From assembly GCA_053919585.1 (NCBI GenBank), contig CM132787.1: a stretch of DNA of 64,000 nucleotides; one strand, given 5' to 3'. Positions within the stretch are counted from its first letter, which is position 1. Each line of letters opens with the position of its first letter. The position numbers and the translations under genes are program-made. The DNA is from Euprymna scolopes (lineage: Eukaryota). The notes beneath the pieces were generated by a model. That model saw nothing but the letters and a program-made list of their open reading frames with translations, ran no database searches and was not told the origin of the DNA. Positions 1 through 14,565 of the stretch are shown piece by piece.

Positions 1-152
1 TGCGATCATTTTCCAGAACTACAAGTCAGTATTATGAGGCATTATCTACGTCGTTTTTTAAGTCTCATCTTATGAGAGGACGGTTTTCATGAATTTACTT
101 GATATGCGTGTATCAGCTTTCGGTTTTTGCAAGAGTTTACATGTTTCTATTA

Positions 153-209
153 TTTACATCTTAAACGTAATTTCACATCTTAAACGTAATTTCACATCTT
201 AAACGTAAT
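153..209. repeat. 19-bp tandem repeat, 3 copies
   Basis: Unit TT(T/C)ACATCTTAAACGTAAT repeated three times. Confidence 0.9.
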
Positions 210-913
210 GCCAGCTTTTGATTGATATATTTTCATTTTCGTTATGTTTTTCGTGATATGAAAAATGATTCATCTGCTTTAAAAAACACGGGTAAGCTGT
301 AATATAATTGACGTTTGTGCATCTGGTTGTAAAAAAATGCAAAACCAGAAAAAACAATATAAACATACAAGCAAAGCTCACAGGTTTCGATTAATTTCAT
401 ATTTTAGCATGCATGATTAACAGGAATTTACAGAGTTTCTAATTTATGAATTACTGTTATGTGTTTTTTTTTTCAAATTATTTCCACTTTATTTCATTTA
501 GACATGTAAAAATGTGAAAAAATAGTATATTTTACACTAAATAATATTTTACCGGTTTAAGTATTTACCAATTTCATACAGTTTTCCAGTGAAATATTTC
601 CGCATACCTGAGAGGAAACTAATTGGATTTTTTCCTTAATCTGGAAAGACTATGATTAAGACTGTAAAGCTCTTTTTCTTTAGTAAAGCTAACAGTGATG
701 AGCTAGCAATTTACCATTGCTGTTTCAATTTTAAAAGGCATGAAAAAATGTTATAAATATTACCCCGACGACGAAATGTAATTTATTAAAGTGGATAGTG
801 TTATTCAATAAAATATCGATATATCGTATACGCTGTTTAATTTTGATTTAAATATATATGCTGTATAAAGAAACGAAATATCTAAAAAACCCTTTCTTTT
901 AGCACATACACAC

Positions 914-915
<2 letters not shown>

Positions 916-967
<52 letters not shown>
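916..967. repeat. (TA)n microsatellite
   Basis: Pure TA run. Similar runs at ~1257-1307, 17814-17900 (with (GA)n), 22662-22720, 23071-23135, 24045-24111, 25048-25095, 36462-36525 and 63615-63690. Confidence 0.95.
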
Positions 968-975
<8 letters not shown>

Positions 976-1253
976 ATGTATATAAGGATAAATTGTAAGA
1001 CCATATAAATTTATTTGTGTCGTAATATGTGTTGTACTACTCCCTATTCTTAAGATAATATTAACTGAAATCCGCACTTGTATTTTTTTCAGAAACTGAA
1101 AATTTAAGCTAAATTTAATGTAACTGTTTAAAAACCTCTACCTCATTTGATTTGCCTTTTATACTTCTATCATTTTACCTGTTCATATCCGAATTTTAAT
1201 TGAAATATTCTAGTTTTCACGTCAATTTAAAACTATAACTTCAAATATATATT

Positions 1254-1311
<58 letters not shown>

Positions 1312-1583
1312 TATAATTCAAATATTTATCAGGTTATATATTCTGAGATATTATTACTATTTTCCCAACTAAATATCAATCTGGAACACATTTATTTTAT
1401 CGCGTTTTTAAGAATTTACATTACATGTTGCATTCGAATAAACGCTTAAGGAATGTGTACTAGTTAAAGTTTAAGGTTAGCGACAATATAATTATAAAAT
1501 TCTGACCTTACATTTTGAGAACGATGTGTTATTATGCCACCCTCGTCAATTGGGCACTGGTGGTCGTTGAAAGAGAGGGAAGT

Positions 1584-1788
1584 NNNNNNNNNNNNNNNNN
1601 NNNNNNNNNNNNNNNNNNNNNNNNNNNNNNNNNNNNNNNNNNNNNNNNNNNNNNNNNNNNNNNNNNNNNNNNNNNNNNNNNNNNNNNNNNNNNNNNNNNN
1701 NNNNNNNNNNNNNNNNNNNNNNNNNNNNNNNNNNNNNNNNNNNNNNNNNNNNNNNNNNNNNNNNNNNNNNNNNNNNNNNNNNNNNNNN
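1584..1788. other. assembly gap (N run)
   Basis: Run of N. Confidence 1.
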
Positions 1789-2416
1789 AATTAGAGAATG
1801 GAGCATAGCTTTCTAATCCATGCAACATATTGTCTTTTTTGTTGTTTATGCAATCATTGAACACGTCTGTGTGATGGATTTCCGTTCTTAAGCAGTTTGA
1901 AGCCTTCGGGAATAAAGCAGTTTCGTTTTTTGTTATTTTAGTAACAAGAGGCCAGTTCAATTGTCTGTACGTCGTTCAAAATAATTGGCTTCTGTAACAA
2001 GGGAAACCCAGCTAAGATATCTCAGAAAATTGCAAGTGAACTCTCGCAAGTTTCATTTATATACTTACTTATTGAAAATAGGTAAAGAAAATCAATCTTC
2101 TGGTCATTAGACGCTGGAATTTTACCAACTTAAATATATTGTTTTATTATTCCTTGTAGACATGATTTTATCAAATCAAATATATCAGAAACTTTTATTT
2201 TAGTTCGCTTTTTAATATTTACTCTGCATAAAGTATTTTAGATAAGCACAGCATTTTAACAATAATATTTTATTAATTTATGGTCCTAAACCCCCTCTAA
2301 ATACATCGATTATCTTCTGCTATTCCCTAAATAACTTGTTATTCTAGGTAATATTTCCTACAATTAGCACGGCAATTGCTGTATTATCTAATTAGTTTTA
2401 TTTGTCAAATGAATAG

Positions 2417-2533
2417 TATGTTTGTATTATGGCTATCAAATGTTGCAAAACTAGAGGCTAATTATGGCGATTTTGAAAAGATTAAAAAACTTGCAAAACA
2501 ATATTTATCGATATCAGCCGAACCTATACACAG
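2417..2533 (+). CDS. candidate internal coding exon of an unidentified host gene
   Basis: Bounded by ...gaatag| and CAG|gtgagt. 117 nt, phase 2/2, open frame MFVLWLSNVAKLEANYGDFEKIKKLAKQYLSISAEPIH. No recognisable homology. Confidence 0.3.
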
Positions 2534-2878
2534 GTGAGTATATATTTATTTTCTCTTTGATCACAACCCAAAGTAATTATATTTGATGACAACTGAGATA
2601 ATGCGTTTCATGATTGATGAGAACATTTGTCAAAGTACATATGATATTAATAAATTAAATGTCTTTACAGCGAAATAAAAAATAAGTTATACCTTTATTG
2701 CTGCATTATGCATCTTCCTGTAAACATCTGTCTATTATGATAATTACATATTCAGTGCTGCAAATATTGAAAGTTATTTTGAATTTGTTTATTTTATAAT
2801 AAGATCCAACTGAAAAAAACATGTAGTAATTTTCTATATGTTATATATTATTCTTAACATACACACACAAACACCCGC

Positions 2879-2912
<34 letters not shown>

Positions 2913-3029
2913 GTATATATATATACATGCATATATAAACATATACATACATATGAAAATTCCTTTCCTTTACATACGATAGCTATCACAGCAATACATC
3001 AGCGTTGCTGCTGACACCAACATCACGTT

Positions 3030-5400
3030 TGTTGGCCCAAATACAATTTTCTAGGGGAGAAGTTTACTTGCACAACCTGTCATATGACAGACAAAGTTAA
3101 ATGTTGAAACTCGTTTCACTTTTGCCTCCGCTTTTCTGTTACTTCTGCCTACAATATGTGTTTTTCTTTAATCTTAGCAGATCTCGATACTATCATCCAA
3201 CCACATGCCTTATTGTGCAAGGCATTTGTCAAAACCAACACGTTCATTTTTCTTAGATTTTATTTAGCTTATCATGATCGATTTGTTCCCTTGCTAAAAT
3301 TTTAAATCCACCTTCAATTCGTCTCCTTCATTCAGGCCGGCATACTGCGATGGTTTTTTGTTCAGTTCCGGAATCTCGAAGGCTTAAAGATTGCTTCGGA
3401 CCATGTTTAGGAATAATCTCTGTCTTAAGTTCTCCGAAAAAGAAAACCACATGACCTTCCCTGCGCAACCGGTTCCTTATAATCTTCTGTACAACACTCA
3501 AACACTCAGCATTCTTGAGAATGCCCGTGTCAGGTGTCAATGACTGCAATTTTATATTTAGAATCCGTTGGACATTTCTAATAAAATCTAGAAAGTTGCT
3601 TTCAGTGTCAACGCTGTGCTATCCAGCATTCTGATTAGTAAAGTAAAACCGAATGTACACAGCTCGAACAAACAACATAACGTCATTGGTAGAGATGACG
3701 TGACTATACAAAAGCTACTTTTTGTGTTCCAAATACCGTGCTAGTCCTCTGAATGCGAAGACTTGTCTCTGTATCTAGAGAGCCATGCCTGAGGCTTGTG
3801 CTACCTACGGGGTTCCTCAAATATGGGTAATTTTATTGATAATACCTACAAAAACATCGAGTCCCCTTCGAAGTAATCTCCTCTGTATTTTATTTGTAAC
3901 ATCGTTTTTACAGCTTCTGGAAAACTCAACGGTAGTCTTCTTGTGTGAGCGTGTCAATGACCTTCGTTATAGCTTCTTTGATCTCGAGACTTGCATCAAA
4001 ACGACAGTTTCTAAGATTTTCCCTGAGCACAACGGTACAAGCGGGCAAGGGCTCGACTATAGGGAGTGTGGGGGACTGTCTTGGTGCTTATCTTTGTCAA
4101 ATAATCTATGACAAGGATGCCGTTGCGAACTGATGAGTGTATGCACATCTTCTGTGGCTTCCGTTCATCGTGATTAATTGTGTGTACTGTTCCCACGGTG
4201 ACATCAACTGTGCATTTATTTTCTCTGTTGAAACACCATGGTGCTTATCCATGAAATTCTTTTTGGGGCCAATAAACTCTAGTGTTTTGATGCCCTTACT
4301 TCTTCTCTATCTCTCATTATCTATCACATACTCCTTTACTTCCTTGGATCTCTTATACTACGGTGCATGTAAGACAGCCCAAATACAGTCGGAAGCATTC
4401 CGTACACTTCTGTTGCATTTTATCAAGTTTAAAAAAGAATTTTATTGGATATCATTATTTTAGTGTCCTCACGTTTAGATTGCATTTCTGAAATTTACAA
4501 GTTGTGACAATTACACTTTTGTATGATGTATACCAATTCATTTTATAGATGTGTATTTGAATCTGAAATCAGAAAAATTAGGCAGACGTCTTATAGGATT
4601 TATAGCAATAACATACGTAATATTAAAGGGTCTACAAACAATGTAAATGCCTGTACAGAAAAAGTCTGAGAAGTACACAAATGTGTCTAGTAATGTTGGC
4701 TTTTCCCCTCACACATAATTTTGTTTCTATGTAGCTAGCACCAGTTACTACCGTTTTCTTAATGTTGATAGTTTAGCCAAAGGCGTCACATGCTACTGAA
4801 AATTATACCTTGAACAGGGCATTCTTAATGAGACACAATACTAGCATTATCGGTTTAATGTAGTTTTATACGTAAGCGTTCACATGCGTGTGATTTTGTG
4901 TTAAATACTTTTAGATTGTCACTAGGCCTAAAGCAAAGAAAATACATTTACGGCATGTGTATGTAAAGAAGAATTGCGAAGTAAATCGAAAACAGGGTTG
5001 CGGCGAGAATGCCCCCCGTTTCAGGCCTTTGCCAACGGCAAGCTCCTCAAGTAATTGCACGTTTAATGCAACAAAAGCTTTTATGTTTCTGTGGAGTTTT
5101 TGATACACAATGACAAACGTATGAAGAAATCCACTCTTTAAAATAATTACTCACATTTTCTATTTGTTTTCAGTGTCAACCGCCTCTGTAACGTCCACAA
5201 ATACTTGATAAAGTGAAGTCAGATTTGCTATACATTTCCCCTTAAAATGCCTTAAAGTAAATATCATATACACAATGCCCTTACCCTTTGTGAACCCACA
5301 TTTCCCATTCTGGAATACTAAAACCCATGTGACTTCGATGAACCTATCCCACAATACTCGCATCATCATGTTCTTTCTCGATTCAAAAATAGTTTTCTCA
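3030..5400 (-). mobile_element. degenerate RTE (BovB-like) LINE, RT and C-terminal region, interrupted by a mariner
   Basis: 5160-5369 gives KCGFTKGKGIVYMIFTLR...YQVFVDVTEAVDT (RTE consensus QCGFRxGRGTxDMIFTLR...LYxxFVDLxKAFDT). 4911-5108 gives KGLKRGAFSP (GVKQGCxLxP). 3328-3549 gives QSLTPDTGIL...IIRNRLRREGHVV...FGELK, an RTE C-terminus. Many stops and frameshifts. Confidence 0.8.
3806..4619 (-). mobile_element. internally deleted mariner DNA transposon
   Basis: Minus-strand frames give NATEVYGMLPTVFG (N-terminal HTH), GTVHTINHDE, KTVPHTPYSRALA (decayed HPPYSPDLAP) and GDYFEGD. Ends are TACG.../...CGTA with TA on both sides. Confidence 0.8.
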
Positions 5401-7112
5401 CGATGGTTACCACAATCAGAAGTTGTTTCTTTAGTTTTGGAGAATCATTTGCCATTTATTTAATCTTGTGGAACTGGGGAATCCAGCTAAGTGCTAATTT
5501 ACTTTAATAATCACAGTTCAGTTTGAGAAACACATCGTTTTCCATAAGTTTAATAGTGATTATAATTGACCATTAGGAGGAAAAATTAAAGAAACTGTGA
5601 TTTATACTCGCACTACATCGGAGAAACAATAATCTGTATAGTGTAACTCGAGCATTAGTGAGCACAAAACTTCTATTAACAATAAATTAGAATTTCCCCC
5701 TCCCCCAATAAAGTGAATGAATCACACCCGCCAAAACACGGTTAATTTCTTTACAGAAATCTTATATAGGTCCCCAGTGCAAATCTTACCATCGATCACC
5801 TTATCGCGATTTCTGTCTCACTAGCATTGGTTGATCTTTGTTTTGTAAAGTTCCTTTTAAAGTTAAAATTCGACTTGTACATACAAACGTAGCGTTCTAA
5901 TGCTCTGTATAGGATCGCCTGTTTTCGATTAATTAAATTATATGATAAATAAATCTAAGAAAAAACATAAAAATCCAAATACTTTCAGTTAAGAAAGTAA
6001 CCCATACTATAGCGATTTCCCAATTATGATTTATGTCATGACAAATCGTATTAGTGGAAGCAAGTAAACGTATATAAGACTACAAGGTTAAACAAATATC
6101 AAAAGGAAATACACTTTTTTCCTTCTGAAAACAATATTCGATCTATAAATTTTAGAGTAAATTAAATTATAAAATTATCCATTTGTTACGATTAAACATA
6201 GTTACATATTATTATACGATAAGTGAGTAAACCGATACGTGTTTTACGATAGATTATGATATCTGACATACATTACATATGATCTGAACTAGTTATTTAA
6301 AATATACTTCAATAGTTAAGTCTTCTAGTCCATAATGTTAAGTTAACTTAACTACTTATCTCTCTCCCAAATTCTGAATATTTTTTATAAATTTCTATGA
6401 CATTATGTTTACCCGATCTGTCTTCATCGTAGCTTTTAATTATATTATGTATGTATTCCGTTCTTGCTTCAACAAGTGACACAAATAAAATAGTAAATGA
6501 TGATTTGATTTGAACAGTGGATCATCAACAAACCCTAGCAACAACAGTAGTAATAAAATTAACTCGTTCCTGGAAGGGGAATAGAAAAGGTGAAGACGAA
6601 AGAGAAAGTGAAGGCGGAGTTTAGCTTCAATGAAACGAGTTAGGGATATTTTTAATATTTAATTATTAACGTTCATAAGAAACTCCTCTTTTCATGATTC
6701 ATGAAATATAACTTCAATCAATTTATTAGCTAAACGTTATAATTTTCACCAGTCGAAATATATGATCGTCATGCAAGTATTATGATCGACCAACATGTAA
6801 TTCTGATTGAAAATTTTATTATGCGATACAAAATTTCAAGTCTGGATAAAAATTACAGTATACACGCTGAATAAACATATTACATGATTTTTACAAATAA
6901 TGAAATTGCATTAATTCATTTTAGCACAAAACTAAAACATATGGATTGCTCTACTAGTATGCGAAAGATATACCTATCGGTATATTCATATCATTGTGAA
7001 GCGTTCATATATTGTGTTTTGATTAGCCCCTACAACAAATATTGGATCTATTTGTTTATTTTAATCCGAGTAAAAAACTGTAAACTGCTCGAAATTTCTA
7101 CTATCATAGGAA

Positions 7113-8391
7113 CTAGCGAGGGGTACTCGGCGTTGCCCGTGTGTTTGTAGGGGTGTGTGATGTAAAATAGAAAAGAAACCGGGGGGTAGGATCGAAGCCG
7201 AACCACTGAGGCGAAGTTTGAAAATACAATCGGCCAGCCAGAAGTGAAAAGTGTTTGAAAGTCTTTGAGCGTTACGACGACGACGATGACGATGTAAGCA
7301 TTGTTATAAGCGAAGTAAGAAAAGAAAACAACGTTTTAATTAAGCGGGGGGGGGGTAAAACAACAAAAACGTAAGGCAAACGAACGATTAAAATAGATAA
7401 AACGAACGAACGTTACGTGATAAATTGCTTAAATAATACAGGGTTCAATATTTAAATTTTAAAATATCGAAAAAAAACCTCACACCACGATTCGAACCCA
7501 AAACGTTTAGATAATGAACCAACGCCTTAACTACCTGCACTAAAGCGGCGTATATTAAGCCTGTTCGGTTTATCAACTATTTAAAGTAAATCAGGTCACG
7601 ACGTCATGACGTCATCTGACGCATGCGTTGTTGACCCTCCCCCCTGTCGATTTCGGGGTGAAAAAGTTAACGTTTTTCTCGTTTTCTGTCTAGACATCTC
7701 CCTCTCTCTCTCTGTTTGCGTCTCTCTCACTCACTCTCTCTCTCTCTCACTTCGTCTTCCTTACTCTAAAGACTGGAAAATGGCGTCTGGCTGTTTTTAT
7801 TTTTCAAAACTTCGTTAATATTTTTTGTAAGCGTATTTTTTTTTTTACTTCACATGTTTGTCTTGTTATTTTTCGTTTAACTATCGTATCTACCTATTTT
7901 GAATGTGGTAATAACTTTGGTAACGTTTCCATAGCGTAGAAGTTCATATTTTAGCTTTAATTAATTTTTTTTTACCGATAACAACATTTTTTAATTGTAA
8001 ATTCAGACCGCCATTAGAGCTTGCTGACGTCAAGATCACATGACTCAGCGGGTTTTAAATACAAGTTGACCCAAAATAAACGGCCGCGTGTATAGTTTAT
8101 GTAGAAGAGTTGGCGGCCGTATTTTGGGGGGCAGTTATTAATCGATTTAAAAATATGTAATGTTTAACATTAAAATGTCACTTTTTGCCCCCCCCTCTGC
8201 AGAAAATCGATCAGTTGACACACTTCTGATGGTCACTTTGGGCCAATATTTCGATATTTGTCGTCCGGAAGGTAAGGCTTTTACATGAGATCAATTTATG
8301 AATTTTTGTCGTGTGTGTCGAAAGTTTTTAGCAGACACACACACATACACACAAACAAACACACATACATTTTCGCTTTTATATATATAGA
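7113..8391 (-). mobile_element. non-autonomous Helitron (~1.28 kb)
   Basis: On the minus strand it starts 5'-TCTATATATATAAAAG and ends with the GC hairpin CGGGCAACGCCGAG followed by CTAG-3'. Inserted between A and T with no TSD. CA-rich microsatellite near the 5' end. Confidence 0.8.
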
Positions 8392-9939
8392 TGTCACTTT
8401 GCAGGTGTGAGTTTCTTCCACATAGGTTCCGAAACAGCTAAGCGTATCGTGTGAGAATTTTACTCACAGTAGTTTATATTTCATGCAGTGTCCTTAGATA
8501 TGTTTTGTACAAACTTTCATCCGATAACTATCGAAAATAAAAAAAAGCAATCTTAAAAATAGTCTTTCTTCCCTCATAGGAAAATACGAGGGGATATTTT
8601 ACGTTACACCGGTGTAATACTTGCCACTGTAACGTAAATGTTCCCCTGTATTGTTTTTTATATCTATAACAGGAGAAAGCCTGTTTTTAAAATCGCCAAG
8701 CCTAAATATCAACTGACATGATATTGTAAACAAACACAGACTGAATTCGATGAATGACAATTTTATTATTTTGTTTTCTTTATTTTGCAAATTATTTCTG
8801 GTATTATATGTTTATTCAATGGAGGATTTATTATATCATAATACATTCGAAATGTAACATACTAAAATATCATGTTTAAGCATATTGTATTATCAGGCAA
8901 TGCCGGGCGTCCAAATAGATATATACTTGAGATTGTGTTTAAGTATTTTTTTTGTTTTTTTCTTTTTTTACTTTTTATGCGTTAAGAAACCTTGTCGGTG
9001 TATGTGCCAAACACTCTTGTTTTGACTGTGTCGGTGTCTCTAACAAACTCCTCTCTAAATGTTGGGCTACATTGTGAAAACCTTATAAATAGGATATTTG
9101 GAAATCTTACACATTTCCGATTTGAGTTTTAGCCAGAAAACTTTGATGCTAAGAGGTCAAAAGTTTACGATAATCGCATTAATCATTGCTTCTGCTGTTA
9201 CTCTTGTGCAAACGAATCTTTAAACTCGCATAGCTCATTTTCGCTTATTTTTAACCTTTCGTATCCATCTAACGGTAGCTCACACGTTAAAGACGCGCGA
9301 GAGAGGAATAACAATCCAATCTGGAACGCTTAACCTACTTGTTCTTATACTAGCGTATAGTAGCAACACATATTTTGATAACTATTGCAATCATTAGTAT
9401 ATATTGGATAATAATCCGTTGAAAATTGCCTCTATAATGATGAATTATAAATCCGTATTTTACGATTGGGCAATGACTCGTGCCCTACTTGTAGTAGATG
9501 AATGTTTAAGCTTATGAGATTATAATAATTCTGTTTAATGGTAGAAAATAGAGTTAACATGTATCGAAATTGAATGAAGCGGAACACATATTTGCAAATT
9601 TGATAAATACTAAAAATGCAAGTGAAACAAAGAATATAACCATTTATTCTTTCCTTCACTTCAGGGAATAAAAAAACTTCAGAAAAAACGCGTATACTAT
9701 ACGATATTCATGTGAATTAACTTTACCGTTAGTGAATATAAAGTAATACTCACAGAAAAATCCTTATTGATATTTAAAAGGAAACATCGAAATGTATCTA
9801 GCGGGGCCCATGTATCTACGTTGCCCAGTGGAAGTATGACAGATCCAGCACTGTATCGTTAAAACAACCCCCTTGAATACAATTCAAACTACGATTGTTG
9901 CTGTTGGCCACTGCCGTCCCGGGCAAATAAAATTTGTTA

Positions 9940-10680
9940 TGTTTTGTGTGTCAAATAATTGACCCCGTTAATATTAAATGAGTTTTATTAACTTTGCAAA
10001 AACATGAAGTGTCCAACAAGAATGTAATCAATTACCATGCCCTAGCTGATGGGAAAATAGAGCGATTCTTCACAAACATTTCAGTATTTATCCATACGAT
10101 GAGCATAGAAGAAAAAGATTAGAGAAAACATCTAGAAAAGTCTTAATGTATTATCAAAATAGGCGTCATGACATGACAATTGAAACTCCATTTAGGTGTC
10201 CTATTATTATCGAAGTGACCATGAATATCCTCTGTTCAAAAAGTGACTTGAAAACAAAGCTTTGAGAACAGCACAAAATTGCAAAATATGACAAATTTAA
10301 AGTCGCATTGACTTTTAAAAATAAAGCTAAACAAACAAACATAGCAACTGGATATGTTATATCACTTAAGCAAAGTAAACGCAAACTAATAGAGTTTACC
10401 ACTCAACCCCACGAAATGTAAAAGAATACACATGCATCTCTGCAAGTATAACACAACGTGATACCTAATTTTGCTGCACACTTCACAAATAAAAAATAAA
10501 ACTAAAGACAAGAGTCGCCAAATAACCAAGTGATGATAACTTGCTTTTAACCGACAAACTTGGGGTTATAAAACATGAGAGAAAATGAGACAACTGAGAA
10601 GGAAGAAGCAGATCTATCTATTGCCCTAAGACGACAACACACCAGATTAAATAAACGTTGAAGGTATGCAAACGTTCGTA
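9940..10680 (+). mobile_element. highly degenerate Gypsy integrase remnant
   Basis: NYHALADGKIERFF (cf. PYHPQANGxVERF), IHTMSIEEKD*RKHL and ATGYVISLKQSK (cf. GDxVLLKQ). Many stops. Confidence 0.5.
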
Positions 10681-11499
10681 AAAAGAAAGGAATCTGAATA
10701 CAATGGGGGAAAACTTTAATACATGTATGTACAAACAATAGTTTTATATTGATTATACATATAAAAGACAAGACAAATATTAAACAGTGAGGTGCGTCCA
10801 GATAATGTGAAATTTTAATAAAGATTTTACATAATATATTGCAGAGAGTATGTACAAAAGTAGATATTAAGGCAAACACAAACAGATGTTCTACCTATAT
10901 ATCTAGGAGTTCACAATCAACAGTTTGATAGGCGTTATATAAGGCGTCATAAATATCCAACAGGTTATCTTATATCATGAAAGTGTTGACATTGTGTTTA
11001 ATGTCTAATGCAATCATGTTTCATAAATCTTTCTTGCATATACCGATTTCTTTTATGTACATATTTTTAACGGCCCAGATGATAAAATTTAACACATGAA
11101 GTTTACATCACATACATATAGTAAAAATAATATATGACGTGAGTTATGTGACGTCTGAGTGAGTGTACTATTAAAGTATATCGGATGTTTAGTTAAACTA
11201 ACTATAATAGCTTCTAATTAATAGCGTTAGTCACTAATATCATCACCTACTTGATGTATTACAAGTTTAATGCGCTTATCTATAAAACAGTGATTTATTT
11301 CATCATCTTACAAAAATATTACTTTCTATTTCTTCAAAGTAGCACAGCAAACTTTTACTCTCCTACCAAGATCTATTCTCATATAATTCACATTACCATA
11401 TTATTTTCATTAAAATAGCTAATACATCTTAAGCCTACGTTATTATATTTATTAATGCAATTTACTATTCCCAACATAATAAAACTAATTTCGCAGAAA

Positions 11500-12800
11500 A
11501 AGTGTCACTCTTTCGGATGAAAAAAAGGTCTTATAAGCACATCGATTTACAGCAAATCTAGCGAACAAGATGTAATAAGTAAACACAAAATAAAATAAAC
11601 AGCTAAGTGGAAAACAATCTAATTTACAATATACATGTACAATTTCGAATTAACGGCAAAGAAAATATACTCGAATTCAACGACGCAAATTACACACTTC
11701 ACTAACAACAAAATATTTCTAAAGAAATGTATATCCCTATGGGAACAATGAAACATCTAAAATGCATGACTTCAACGCGAAGGTATCGTGGAGAGAGTGT
11801 AGTGGACATATCAGTGACGCATTTACAATGTTTGATATAACAGATGATAAACGACGACAACAAAAATTCTTTCGACTTTATTGGAAAAATAAACGGAAAG
11901 ATATCATCAAAACGTTTATTGGGAAGATAACAACAAGCGAATAAAGTTTACATATAAAAAAATACAAATTAGCACTGGATGAATATTTGATATGAACAAA
12001 TAAATCCTTCAAATTGTAATTTAATTTCAAGATGCCTTGTTAAGAAATGGAGAGTCAACACATGACTATGTGATCCGTCTAAGAATACAAGAAGCAGAAC
12101 GCAACTGGCGCAGTCAACGTGGACAAGTCTATAGTGTAGTAATGAATAAAATAATGTTCGTCATGCGATTACTTGAAAAAAATGATTAAAGAACTTTGAT
12201 ATTTGCATTTACTGAAATATTAAGTGAATGAAGAAGATCAAAAATTATAACTAATTACAAGCATCAATGGCAACTAGATAATTGGGGATATAAGAAAAGT
12301 CCATGGACAATAATCCATAAAAATAGTTATACAATTATACAGATGCTATGGCTCCTACAAAATACACGATCGAAAAATTCCCAGCATTTAAGCAAAATGT
12401 AATTACTGTGTAGTAAAAATAACCTTAAAAGAACATGCTTAAAAATAAACAGTAGCAAAGGAAAGACAATGCGAGACGGTCACAATTGATTCTCAATAAT
12501 TATCGATCAATCCGAATAAAGCAGCATATAGCGAAATTGTCCTTATATGGAATATTTATTGCCTCTGAGCCAGATATCCACATTATTGACTGCCAAACAT
12601 TCAAAAGAAATAATTGTATTACGTGGAAACTGTACATTAAAAGAAACAAATTGTAAAGCAAAAGTGAATTGAAATACTGGCATAGCTCTTGGACTAAAAT
12701 TTTGTGCAACACTAATAATAATACGAGTAAAATTGCTCATGTAATATTCGTTACAAATGCATATTTATGTGGCAAACTATCAAGCACGCGGGCCAGTATC
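11500..12800 (+). mobile_element. very degenerate LINE remnant (APE endonuclease region)
   Basis: MHDFNAKV (cf. MGDFNAKV) and FDITDDKR (cf. SDHR motif) in an A-rich strand-biased tract. Boundaries approximate. Confidence 0.35.
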
Positions 12801-14565
12801 GAACAATGGTTTATCTCTAGGCAACAGATAGAATAAAATAAACAAAGAGGATTTCCAAATCAAGAAAAATAAATTAAATCGCACGTACTTTTGTTTGGAG
12901 GATTAAGAAAAATGAAAAGTTTCCAAGTATTAATTCGCCAAACCGGCAACGTTACACATGTAGTATAACGGTAAAAATTGAAATTATTTCATACTTAACA
13001 CGCAGTAAAGGAAATATTAATATATATTAACAAATTAAACAGAGGAGGAGCCCATTCCCTGGACACTATTGTTAGTTGCCTTTTATTGTTAGAAATTAGT
13101 CTATGTGTCGACTTACGCTTGGCAACTAAAAGATTGGATATACGTTCGTAAGAAGGAAGGCCTGTGAATTCAAAGGAGGGCAGAGGTCATGTTTGCGATA
13201 GTATAAATAAGACCCGTTCGGTTAAGGTGTGTAATCATAACCCAATGCTTTGGAAATTGTCACAATTTTCATAAGATTGTCTACTTTATACATAGTGTAA
13301 TATTTCAATATATACTAATCGATTAAAATTATAACAATATTAGGCTCTCGTTTCTGAAAACTTTACAATAATACCTCTCGATTATTAGGTTCCAACAAGA
13401 TTTGTATTTACTAATGAATGTGCTACTGCGACATTTCATTTTTTCTTTCCGCAGTAATAATTAAAGACGAAAATCTACTCATAAGTTTTAACGCATGTTT
13501 TTACTTTATTAATAAGAATTTTCAATGCTGTGATCGAATTTAATTTATGTAAGTAATCAGGTCCATCCAGCGCGGAGGCAGCCGTGATTGAACTCACTAC
13601 ACGATTTTTTTTTAGTGTAATTCAAATCTTGACTGTAGCTGAATACTTGATGATTCACCAGTGCTATCAAGGGTGTTTTTATCCTGAGTCCATCCGTAGA
13701 TGGGTGCCTAACACGGCTTAAGAGAGTCCCATCTACCCTTGAGAGAAGCATAGACCGCGCTATTTTCTCAACCTCCTAGTTTATCTCGCGAAATCGGGTC
13801 ATTACATTTAATGCACAATGTTTAATAATGAACAGCCAAATATTTTATTTTAATTGCTTAGGCTGCATTAAATCAGTAATATTTCTTATATCTTTGTTTA
13901 ACTGCATGTTTATAATTGAAAATAAAACTAACAATGCTGCATTAAATATCCGCATTCATTGATTAGAACACACTTGTGTTATAACACATGTTTTAACCAT
14001 AAGTTATTTAATAATGTAATACATATGAAAAAGATCACTTATTACATTTAGGCGCATTGTTTTCGTACTAATTAACAACTTGATATTTTTCTTATTATTG
14101 CGAACCGCATTCAAATAAAATGAATAGAAAGTTAAAAGGATATGTTTTATTTGTTAAACGTTTCTACTAAAAAATCAGTCTAATATTACAACTGTGTGAT
14201 TTGTTTAATTTGATAATCACAAACCAAATTATCTCTTATTAGGTTTAACAATATTCTTCTTCACGGATAAGGTCTATTATTGCAGACATGGATGATCAAG
14301 GCTCTCCAGTACCCTCATTATTCGGCCATTCTAATGAGATCTATAGTCGGGTTTTCTGTGGCTCTGTTGTGAGTGACAATGCATTTTTTCTTTGTATTTC
14401 TCTGCACCTTTTTCTGCGATTTTCATAACATCCATCTCTATTGCAAGCATTAAATGAGCAAATAACTTTAACTGTCTGACTTGGCCGGTACTGAGTAGTG
14501 ATCTACTCTACTCTGTCTTACGCATAGCTTCTCCGTCTGTATTCTTTTCTATCCATGCGATTTGT

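Noticed and set aside
805-1077. YIYIYI-type and poly-I/N/Y ORFs throughout the window
   Set aside because: Translations of (TA)n and (TAA)n microsatellites.
1515-1960. ORFs spanning N gaps (also near 17746-18186, 22224-22487 and 45059-45309)
   Set aside because: They are open only because N runs contain no stop codons.
7483-7550. Functional tRNA gene
   Set aside because: Only A/B-box-like motifs are present, I cannot build a complete cloverleaf, and it lies inside a Helitron.
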